42,740 nt of DNA from a virus. Taxonomy: Duplodnaviria > Heunggongvirae > Uroviricota > Caudoviricetes. Below are positions 27,629-35,040 of this stretch, one piece after another. The notes beneath the pieces were generated by a model that was given only the letters and a program-made list of their open reading frames with translations, searched no databases and was not told the DNA's origin. Made by a program: the position numbers and the translations under genes. Numbering within the stretch: the stretch's first letter is position 1; each line of letters opens with the position of its first letter. Location: IMG/VR virus record IMGVR_UViG_2878930440_000003; one strand, 5' to 3'.

Positions 27629-27914
27629 TTTTATCTTTGTTTAAAGTTTCTTCTTTTTCTCTCAGTTCCTTATCGTATTCCTCGAATGCCCTTGCTGTAG
27701 CGTATGTGAACTGGTCGCTATTTCGCATGGCGTTCAAGATAAGATTTTTGAGGTCTTCGGGCGATGCGTGCATGAATGCGTATGCCTTCGGAATGTTCCT
27801 GTCACCCATGAGGACGATGCAACGGAAATGCTTTGCCTCATCCCCCATTTTATCAACAATATCAAGTACCTTCTTGATATGATTGAAGAAATTCTGTCTG
27901 ATATTCTTTTTCAT
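27600..27914 (-). CDS. Hypothetical protein
   Basis: Probable start MKKNIRQ at 27914 (track 27947). Confidence 0.55.
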   Translation of the reverse strand: MKKNIRQNFFNHIKKVLDIVDKMGDEAKHFRCIVLMGDRNIPKAYAFMHASPEDLKNLILNAMRNSDQFTYATARAFEEYDKELREKEETLNKDKNEENPIQDT

Positions 27915-27931
27915 GATTTCGTTTTTTAAAT

Positions 27932-27960
27932 ACCTGCCTATCCTCACGGACGAGCAGGAA
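27932..27960. repeat. CCTCACGG-loop hairpin repeat, copy 1
   Basis: ACCTGCCTATCCTCACGGACGAGCAGGAA; one mismatch to the copy at 29282-29310. Confidence 0.85.
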
Positions 27961-27996
27961 AAATGATTTTAAAATTATGTAAAATAACGCTAAAAA

Positions 27997-28521
27997 CTAA
28001 TTCTTATCTGTTGATCCTAAACCGCTACGAGTGCCGGTTACCTTGCCAAGTTCCAAGTTAGTATCTGGAACGTAAGTGAAGGCGCCTTGACAGATGCGTT
28101 GGGAATAAGGAATAACGAACTTGAAACCGAGCATACGCATGATGCGATGCTTTAACCTCCATCTGCCCGACTTGACGATGGCATGGACTTCTTCGCCATA
28201 GCCGCAATCTATCAAACCGAGAATTACATCAAGGTTTGCTCTAACCTTGCCTAGATAGTCGCCATGTAAGAGCCATGAGGGGAAATAAACCTCCAACAAC
28301 ATACCTTTGCCCGACATACCACTACGTGGCTGAATCAGCATCTTCATATTTGAAGGAAGTTGTATCTTAAACCCGAGCGGAACGTAAAAGCGTTTGTTTG
28401 GAATTACTTCCGTGTCCTTACTGCAATGAAGGTCGTAAGCGGCATCCGTCTCATACGACTTCGTAGGGAAACACCCTTGTGTTACCAATTCTACATTGAT
28501 TTTTGTACCTGATTTACTCAT
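27997..28521 (-). CDS. dut: dUTPase (trimeric family) with two insertions
   Basis: Motifs AAYDL, PRSG, GLID.GY, RICQ and RSGLGST. Confidence 0.85.
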   Translation of the reverse strand: MSKSGTKINVELVTQGCFPTKSYETDAAYDLHCSKDTEVIPNKRFYVPLGFKIQLPSNMKMLIQPRSGMSGKGMLLEVYFPSWLLHGDYLGKVRANLDVILGLIDCGYGEEVHAIVKSGRWRLKHRIMRMLGFKFVIPYSQRICQGAFTYVPDTNLELGKVTGTRSGLGSTDKN

Positions 28522-28532
28522 ATAATCTATTC

Positions 28533-29036
28533 TTATAAATGTTTATGTTCTAAAAGTTTGTCTACTTCCTTCTGATAAAAGGCTATCAACTGATTATACT
28601 CGAAGAGTGACCAGTTCTTGTTTTCTGTTCTTGCCCTAACCTCTATCAAATCAACCCTCTGTTCGCCAATCTGCTTGATAAGCGCACGGCGATACATCTG
28701 AATATTACCTTGATTGAAAATATTGCAAGCCACGCATTGTGGCCGGCAGTTATCTTCGCTGAATCGGGTTGACATGTAACGCCTCGACATGTAATGACCG
28801 TTCTGAATCTCCTTCCAAGGGAAAACCTTGCCGCAACTGATACATCGGCAATAACCTTTATCATCAGAATATTTCAGTCGAATATATTTAGAGAAGACCG
28901 CATCTAGTTTGTCTCTCAGCTTACTTTTGCTAAGTCCGGCTTTCGCCTTCTTCTTTTCCTGTTCCTTCTTGACTTTATCCCAAGGAGTCTTCTTTATAGG
29001 TGTCCTCTTGAGAGGAGTTTTCCTTTTTAAACCCAT
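28533..29036 (-). CDS. NinG/Rap-like HNH endonuclease, copy A
   Basis: LDAVFSKYIRL, CISC, NGHY, RFSEDNCRPQCVACN. Start MGLKRK at 29036. Confidence 0.85.
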   Translation of the reverse strand: MGLKRKTPLKRTPIKKTPWDKVKKEQEKKKAKAGLSKSKLRDKLDAVFSKYIRLKYSDDKGYCRCISCGKVFPWKEIQNGHYMSRRYMSTRFSEDNCRPQCVACNIFNQGNIQMYRRALIKQIGEQRVDLIEVRARTENKNWSLFEYNQLIAFYQKEVDKLLEHKHL

Positions 29037-29253
29037 ATTGCACGTAATTATCATTTGTAAAGTTTGAATACTCGCCCTCGGGCTTTCCGATGTCTGAGGA
29101 CACATTTTTAATCTTAGAGTTGAGGATATTTATTTTCCTCAGTTTTGACTCGAAGATTCCCAAGGGTGCCCAAGGGTTTCTTTCGAGTTCTCTGTATATT
29201 TCGAGAACCTTTCTCCGGTACTTGTGGAGAGTAGGTTCGGATAAATCTATCAT
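28975..29253 (-). CDS. Hypothetical protein
   Basis: 92-aa ORF with an AT-rich leader; overlaps the NinG start. Confidence 0.45.
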   Translation of the reverse strand: MIDLSEPTLHKYRRKVLEIYRELERNPWAPLGIFESKLRKINILNSKIKNVSSDIGKPEGEYSNFTNDNYVQYGFKKENSSQEDTYKEDSLG

Positions 29254-29281
29254 AAGCCATTGATTTTGAAGTTTAAGAAAA

Positions 29282-29310
29282 ACCTGCCCATCCTCACGGA
29301 CGAGCAGGAA
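29282..29310. repeat. CCTCACGG-loop hairpin repeat, copy 2
   Basis: ACCTGCCCATCCTCACGGACGAGCAGGAA. Confidence 0.85.
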
Positions 29311-29390
29311 AGAATAAATTCAAATTTATGAAAAATAATGTTTGCTGCCGCTGCAGCGAATAATCATACACAACAAACAAATACATAATA

Positions 29391-29494
29391 GTCCACCTGT
29401 AGGATTCGGACCCAACTTCCCGATTTGATAAGAATGTATTAAGGATTTACACAAAACAGTTTCGGGCGTGCTAACCAATTACACCATCGGTGGA
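29391..29494 (-). ncRNA. tRNA-like RNA with a 38-nt anticodon loop (pseudo-tRNA or interrupted tRNA)
   Basis: Acceptor TCCACCG/AGGTGGA, D-arm GGTGTAATTGGTTAGCAC, anticodon stem CCCGA/TCGGG, T-loop TCCGAAT. Confidence 0.65.
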
Positions 29495-29847
29495 TAACAG
29501 CATCATGCGCTACCATGAATTTAAGAGCCATGCTCACCGCTTTAGCTATCAGTCATAAAGACTGATGCTCGGGGACCCCCTTATAATGACTTAACACTAT
29601 TCGACTTTACACTTTTCCAATATGTCAAAGAACTTATGTCCAAAAAGGGCAATGGGATTGTTCCGGAAACTGCTATATATAATAAGGTATAAAACGAAAG
29701 GTGCTGGTAGAATGCTCGACCACAACATTTCCTTCTGGTTCGTGGCGCATGAATTCAACGCAAACAACTTATATTGCCACTGGGTCTATACCGCTCCACA
29801 CCTAACGATTTCAAGAAATATTATAATAACAATATCCAAAACTATTT

Positions 29848-29920
29848 TGGGGATTCGAGGCGAGTTGAACGCCTTTGCTCGGGTTTCCCCGCTCACTCCG
29901 AGTGAGCTAGCTCGATTCCC
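29848..29920 (-). ncRNA. 73-nt cloverleaf RNA with canonical T-arm and CCA end but non-canonical D and anticodon arms
   Basis: GGGAATCG/CGAATCCC closing stem, GCTCACT-CGG-AGTGAGC, GGG-GAAA-CCC, AGGCG-TTCAACT-CGCCT, 3' end ...CCCA. Confidence 0.6.
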
Positions 29921-30087
29921 ATGTATCACTCCTATGCTCACGCACAAGAGTGAATTGATAGTTTACAAATAAGAAAAAGAACCTTTCTTAAGCAATCGTT
30001 TAACTCTATGCTCACGCATATCCAATTTAAAACGCATTTTGTCTGAATAACTAATCTAAAAGTTCAACAGCCAAATATTTCACACAT

Positions 30088-30294
30088 TTACACACTCACT
30101 AGTTGTGGCACCTTAACAGGCTCTGCTCCGTAGCGATTCAGAGCACAGGAACGAATGTCCTGAGCCTGTTGGCTATTACTCCGGTAAGCAAGAGCATTGT
30201 AGACAGTAGTCTTGCCACAACCAAAAATTTTCATGATTTTAGGAATTTTATCTTTATCAATCAATATTTTTTCTATTTTTACGACTTTATTCAT
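30088..30294 (-). CDS. Cro-like HTH regulator of the left early operon
   Basis: IPKIMKIFGCGKTTVYNAL HTH; divergent from the XRE repressor. Start MNKVVK at 30294. Confidence 0.75.
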   Translation of the reverse strand: MNKVVKIEKILIDKDKIPKIMKIFGCGKTTVYNALAYRSNSQQAQDIRSCALNRYGAEPVKVPQLVSV

Positions 30295-30305
30295 ATTATT
30301 TTTTG

Positions 30306-30366
30306 TAAATTTGCACCATAAATAAGTTTTGAACGAGTTTTGTTCTCGTTTACGGATGCAAAGATA
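30306..30366. promoter_or_regulatory. Face-to-face -7 promoter elements of switch A
   Basis: TAAATTTG on + at 30306-30313 (toward the repressor); TATCTTTG on - at 30359-30366 (toward cro). Confidence 0.6.
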
Positions 30367-30449
30367 CATGTTTGTAGACAAATATCCAAGGATATAGGCA
30401 TTAATTTATAGTTTATTTACGTATTTACACAAATATAAACACTAGCAGT

Positions 30450-30812
30450 ATGGAAGGATTAAGAGATAGAATCAACGAGGTAAGAGACCATTACAGGCTG
30501 ACTAACAGAGGGTTTGCTGACGCTATCGGGGCAAAACCTGCTGCTACGAACAATTATTTGAACGGCACAAAGGAGCCTTCAATGGAGTTTATAGACAGAA
30601 TACTGACTACATACGTAGACATATCAGCAGATTGGCTACTTTGTGGCAGAGGCAGTATGTTTTACGATGCAGACAAGCAGACGGACGAAAAACTGCTGAA
30701 AGAACTAGCAGAAACAAAAGTAAAGTTGCTAGTACAGGAAGGAGTGGTTAAGGAGTTAAAGCAAATCATCAGCGAGAAGATTGCTGAAAGAGACAAAAGC
30801 CTTGTTGGCTGA
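30450..30812 (+). CDS. XRE-family HTH repressor A (no peptidase domain)
   Basis: LTNRGFADAIGAKPAATNNYLNG HTH and ISADWLLCGRGSM, then a coiled-coil C-terminus. Confidence 0.85.
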   Translation: MEGLRDRINEVRDHYRLTNRGFADAIGAKPAATNNYLNGTKEPSMEFIDRILTTYVDISADWLLCGRGSMFYDADKQTDEKLLKELAETKVKLLVQEGVVKELKQIISEKIAERDKSLVG

Positions 30813-30820
30813 ATACTACT

Positions 30821-30862
30821 ACAATAAAGGGGAGCCTTCTTTGCGAAGACTCCCCTTATTGT
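30821..30862. terminator. Bidirectional terminator between repressor A and integrase
   Basis: ACAATAAAGGGGAG...CTCCCCTTATTGT inverted repeat. Confidence 0.8.
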
Positions 30863-30863
30863 T

Positions 30864-31997
30864 TTACATTTTGCCTTCGAGGGCATCGAAAGCAGATTGT
30901 ACGTCCTTATTTAATGTACGTGCGTATCTAGTAGTCTGACGCAAAGTAGTGTGTCCAAGCACCCTTGCCACGATATTGATAGGCATTCCCTTCGACAAGA
31001 ATAAGGTCGCCGCAGTCGCTCTACCCATGTGGGTATGCAATCTGTCAACTCCAACCATCTGCCCGATCGCCTTCAGATAATCATTATACTTCTGATTCGT
31101 TATTCTAGGCAGCTTGAAGTCATACTTCTGTAGTATCTCCAGGGCAGGTTTGAGAAGTTGGAATACGAAATCAGTATCTGTTTTCGTTCTCTTAGCGTGA
31201 TAGAACATCTTGCCGCCAATCTCCTCGCAGTTAGTATAATCGAACGATGCAAGGTCTGAGTATGCAAGTCCTGTGTAGCATTGGAAGAGGAACAAATCTC
31301 TTGCATGGAGAATATGAGGTGTTGAGAGTTTCAGTTTCTTGATGGCAGCAAACTGCTCTTCTGTGACACAATCAACATACTGCTTTTCCCCTTTGCCAAT
31401 ATGAAACGGAAGGAACTTGTATGGATTCTGCTCAATAAGTCCGTCTATCATCGCATCATTGATGAACAACTTGAGATACTTATGATAGTCGTAGATGGTG
31501 CATTGAGCCTTATCCTGTCTGTGAAGATACTCATCCATCGCACGCACCTTCGACACATTGCAGTCTTGAAACGACTTTATCTTTCCCCATGTTTTCAAGA
31601 ATTTAATAAAGACATCATATCGTTTCTTGGTATGCTCGCACACCTTACGCTCATTTCGTCTTCTCTCGCAGTACTCGATGAAAGAAGTTCCTTCGTCTTC
31701 TCCATTCATCTGTGAGATAACCACATTTAAGTCACAACAGCCTTCCTTAACCATCTTACTGATGATTTCGTTTGCTCTCGCGCGGTATGCCTGTATGATT
31801 TCATTCAGTTCATCCGCATCTTTTCTCTTGATAACCATCTTTGACGCATCAGACCATTGTGTAGTTGTCACTTTTACGCCTGTGGAAAAGTACTTCCTTT
31901 GACGCTTGGCACAAAAGCATAATTCTACCGAAACTTCATGTTTTGAGGTCGCTCGCTTCAAACGATTGTGAATAATACTTAAATTAATTTTTGCCAT
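30864..31997 (-). CDS. int: Tyrosine integrase (Bacteroidota type with arm-binding and SAM-like domains)
   Basis: ARDLFLFQCYTGLAYSDL, KRTKT, HTHMGR, LGH and TTRYA. As is common in this family, A replaces the first catalytic R in TGLAYSD. Start MAKINL at 31997. Confidence 0.92.
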   Translation of the reverse strand: MAKINLSIIHNRLKRATSKHEVSVELCFCAKRQRKYFSTGVKVTTTQWSDASKMVIKRKDADELNEIIQAYRARANEIISKMVKEGCCDLNVVISQMNGEDEGTSFIEYCERRRNERKVCEHTKKRYDVFIKFLKTWGKIKSFQDCNVSKVRAMDEYLHRQDKAQCTIYDYHKYLKLFINDAMIDGLIEQNPYKFLPFHIGKGEKQYVDCVTEEQFAAIKKLKLSTPHILHARDLFLFQCYTGLAYSDLASFDYTNCEEIGGKMFYHAKRTKTDTDFVFQLLKPALEILQKYDFKLPRITNQKYNDYLKAIGQMVGVDRLHTHMGRATAATLFLSKGMPINIVARVLGHTTLRQTTRYARTLNKDVQSAFDALEGKM

Positions 31998-31999
31998 TT

Positions 32000-32042
32000 T
32001 GATAACACATTTTTTACAAGGTGATAACACATTGATAACACA
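32000..32042 (+). repeat. Three direct repeats TGATAACACA (probable integrase arm-type sites)
   Basis: Copies at 32000-32009, 32022-32031 and 32033-32042. Confidence 0.7.
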
Positions 32043-32269
32043 CCTTCCGATTCAACAATTTGCGTGAATGATACAAACTATTGTAATTCAGATAGTTATA
32101 CCCAAAATGCGTTTAAACCAGTTTTAAACCAGTTTAGAAAATCAATCTTTATGACATATCTCTTTAAAAAACAAAAAGCAATCTATATAAGTATCTGTTA
32201 TTCAATACGTTATATAGACTGCTTATTTGATTTTTTCTTGACTAAACGTTGCGTTTTTACGCCTAAAAA

Positions 32270-32327
32270 GTGATTCCGTTGGGGTTCGAACCCAAGACCC
32301 ACAGCTTAGAAGGCTGTTATACGGAAC
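32270..32327 (-). mobile_element. Attachment-site core: 3' two-thirds of tRNA-Arg(TCT), preceded by an acceptor-stem remnant
   Basis: Minus strand reads GTTCCGTA-T-AACAGC-CTTCTAA-GCTGT-GGGTC-TTGGG-TTCGAAC-CCCAA-CGGAATC-AC, adjacent to the integrase gene. Confidence 0.85.
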
Positions 32328-32376
32328 ACCAATAAAATATCTAAACAATAGCGACTTACGCTATAGGCGAATAATC

Positions 32377-32408
32377 ATTTTGCGGCAATTTTGCGACATT
32401 TTACGCAA
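32377..32408 (+). repeat. Direct repeats ATTTTGCG(G/A)CA (second class of arm-like sites)
   Basis: ATTTTGCGGCA, ATTTTGCGACA and ATTTTACGCAA in tandem. Confidence 0.55.
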
Positions 32409-32445
32409 GCCTACTCCACAGAACATACAAATATACTTTACATTA

Positions 32446-33576
32446 TCATTTCCTTTTCTGCTGATATTCCACAACTAAGAGCTGCTTCACATCTGCTAAA
32501 TCCAACTCTAAATCACGATAGGTAGGATTAAAGGAACGCAATATAAGCTTTCCATTATTCATATCCAAGTCAATGATACGCTTTAATAGAATACCTTCTT
32601 TATGAACTATGATATATTCCTTTCCGTCTATATGAAGTCCATTGCTCTTTACCATGTAGTCAGGGCAGACTTTACATATAACGATGTCTCCATTCTGATA
32701 AGCTCTAGACGAGCCATCATCCATAGAATCACCGCTTACCTCGAATGCTACGTACTTTTCTTTATCTTCCTTTACAATAGGGATTGTTGGGAGCGATGAT
32801 ATATATACATCATCTGCATATCCGCTGAGATAACCTGCATAAGCCATCTGTGGAACAAGAGGAACAAAGCTGACGCTTGAATTGATATTCGATTTGATGT
32901 CATCGTTAAACATCTTTCCTTCTCCGGTCTTAAGCCAATTCAGATTTAGCTGAGGGTAAGCCAAAGAGATATTCTTCAAGAAAGTCTCGCTAGGCATATC
33001 CGGCAATCTGTTAATTGCACTGGTATAGCTCTTACACTTCCGCAAGAAGAATGTAGTACTAATTCCCATCTCCGTACAGAATGGCGCAATTCTGCTTTTG
33101 TAGTTGTTGAATTTTTCAATATTAGCCTCCGGCTGCAACATTTCACCAGCTCCATTAGCTAGCCAATCCATATTAAGATCTGGAAATTTAGAATTTACTC
33201 TATAAGATACCCTTGCCGTGAACACACCATTTTTCCCTATGATTGGAAAGTTAGAGGCCACATCGGCTTTGTCGCAAAATTCACGTTTGGTAATTCCTTT
33301 ATATTTAAGATACTCACGCAGTCTAGTCTTTGCGTTTTCGTTTTCGCTTACCTTTATAGGTGAAGAGATGAACATTTCCCCCATTCCTGTCCTAATATAA
33401 CTTGGATTTACCTGCGGAAATTTTCTCGTTATAGCTTGCAAGCTTTTGGAAGATACACGATTAGTTATACGGCTTACGAAGCCATGTCCTAAGCCTACGG
33501 TATCCTCGAATTTTTCATTTGAAGTGTAACCCAAAGCAGTGATTACAGCCTTCAGTCTTTCGTATGCACTATTCAT
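32446..33576 (-). CDS. CI-like repressor B: three tandem HTH units plus S24 autopeptidase
   Basis: Units end in NPSYIRTGMGEMF, LNMDWLANGAGEML and LNLNWLKTGEGKMF. S24 catalytic motifs VSGDSM and ILLKRI. Confidence 0.88.
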   Translation of the reverse strand: MNSAYERLKAVITALGYTSNEKFEDTVGLGHGFVSRITNRVSSKSLQAITRKFPQVNPSYIRTGMGEMFISSPIKVSENENAKTRLREYLKYKGITKREFCDKADVASNFPIIGKNGVFTARVSYRVNSKFPDLNMDWLANGAGEMLQPEANIEKFNNYKSRIAPFCTEMGISTTFFLRKCKSYTSAINRLPDMPSETFLKNISLAYPQLNLNWLKTGEGKMFNDDIKSNINSSVSFVPLVPQMAYAGYLSGYADDVYISSLPTIPIVKEDKEKYVAFEVSGDSMDDGSSRAYQNGDIVICKVCPDYMVKSNGLHIDGKEYIIVHKEGILLKRIIDLDMNNGKLILRSFNPTYRDLELDLADVKQLLVVEYQQKRK

Positions 33577-33671
33577 AACCTAAAATTTAATACGCAGTAA
33601 GCGCATGTGTAACTTAATTTATGTAAACATTTAGAGTTTAAAGATAATAAAGGTTAATATAGTATATTTAA

Positions 33672-33746
33672 ACACTAATTTATTTGCATATTTGCGATAC
33701 TTTTCTTATCTTTGCACTCGTAAACATTAAATATGTTGCAAATATA
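33672..33746. promoter_or_regulatory. Switch B promoters (face-to-face)
   Basis: -33 TTTG at 33683 and -7 TATCTTTG at 33707-33714 on +; TATATTTG on - at 33739-33746. Confidence 0.7.
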
Positions 33747-33838
33747 CATAAAAATATCGTAACTTGCAAGAAATTTAATATATTTTTTGCAATATTACAT
33801 AAAAAGGTGAGACACACCATAAAAACTGTAGAAAGAAT

Positions 33839-34120
33839 ATGTCATTAAGCGAGATTAAGCAATTAGTATCTATCGCATTTCAAGCGGGACGGATGGATGC
33901 CCAATTCGAAATGGGCTTGCGTTCCGACAAGATACGCAGAAAGGATGCCGAATGCTATCTTGCATCAAAAGGATTCGAAAAACAGATGATTGACAAATGG
34001 GTCAAGAATAGGTTAATGAAAGAATATGTAGGTGATAGTAAAAACTCACCTAGATATTATTCTCTCAAAGAAATCAATGAACTTGTTGTTTCTTGTCAGA
34101 TAAAGAAAATGATTATTTAA
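33839..34120 (+). CDS. First gene of the right early operon, Cro/excisionase-like winged-helix protein
   Basis: 93 aa, divergent from repressor B; KQMIDKWVKNRL...NSPRYYSLKEI. Confidence 0.55.
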   Translation: MSLSEIKQLVSIAFQAGRMDAQFEMGLRSDKIRRKDAECYLASKGFEKQMIDKWVKNRLMKEYVGDSKNSPRYYSLKEINELVVSCQIKKMII

Positions 34121-34131
34121 AATATACGACT

Positions 34132-35040
34132 ATGGCAGAGAATAAGGCAGCGAAGCCTGTAGAAGGGCAGAGCGTAGAAATTAAGGATTATGAGTTTCGC
34201 CTCCTTGATGCAGATGAGATAGAAGTCCGTGTTGGTCAAGGTGGTAATCAGAAGTCACCGGACTGGTGTTCCTTGTTGCTTTACAAGGACGCAAGATGTG
34301 ACATGAGACGATTAGATGAGAAGTTCGGCATCTATGGTTGGAAACGTAAACATGAGCTTATCGGTCAGAACCTCTTTTGTACGGTTTCCGTTTATAAAGA
34401 AGGCATCGGTTGGATAGATAAGCAAGATGTTGGTACGCCAAGTAACACTGAAGCCGTTAAAGGTCAAGCAAGTGATTCTTTCAAGCGTGCATGCTCTTGT
34501 TTAGGTATCGGTCGAGAATTGTATACTGCTCCCAAGAAGATATTCATCAACCTCAACCGAAACACCGAATATTCTCAAAGCGGAAAGTTGAAGACAATTT
34601 TCCATGTTGGATATGTAGGTTATACAAACAGATGTATTGCCAAACTTATTATTCAAGATGAGAATAACATTGTGCGTTGGTATTGCGGCATGACAGAACA
34701 AGAAGTTCTTGAATGGATGAATGAGCAGAAAGAAGTATATGGTTACTCTGAACCAGCCCCAAAGAGCGAGGAAGAAAAAGACGAAAATCTTAATGAGCAA
34801 AAACAATATGCTTATCCACAATTGCAACAGGCTCAAATTTGGGAGGACGTAGATAGAGTTTGGAACGGATTCCCAGACCTTCAGAAGTCCGAAGAGTTTA
34901 AACGCAAATGTGCATTACGAAAGATGGAACTCGCACAGAGCAAGAAGGATTTAAAAGCTGTTTATGATGCTTATCCCGAATATCAAAAGAATGCAGAGTT
35001 CTTAGCTAAGTTGACACAATTTAAATCAAGATTAGTATGA
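34132..35040 (+). CDS. Rad52/Sak-like single-strand annealing protein
   Basis: LLLYKDARCDMRRLDEKFG, WIDKQDVG, KGQASDSFKRACSCLGIGRELY. Start MAENK at 34132. Confidence 0.85.
   Translation: MAENKAAKPVEGQSVEIKDYEFRLLDADEIEVRVGQGGNQKSPDWCSLLLYKDARCDMRRLDEKFGIYGWKRKHELIGQNLFCTVSVYKEGIGWIDKQDVGTPSNTEAVKGQASDSFKRACSCLGIGRELYTAPKKIFINLNRNTEYSQSGKLKTIFHVGYVGYTNRCIAKLIIQDENNIVRWYCGMTEQEVLEWMNEQKEVYGYSEPAPKSEEEKDENLNEQKQYAYPQLQQAQIWEDVDRVWNGFPDLQKSEEFKRKCALRKMELAQSKKDLKAVYDAYPEYQKNAEFLAKLTQFKSRLV

Noticed and set aside
29622-29972. 116-aa plus-strand ORF in the early leader
   Set aside because: It runs against the operon, overlaps the cloverleaf RNA and has no motif support.
32270-32318. Functional tRNA-Arg(TCT) gene
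   Set aside because: It lacks the D-arm, so it is treated as an att-associated fragment.
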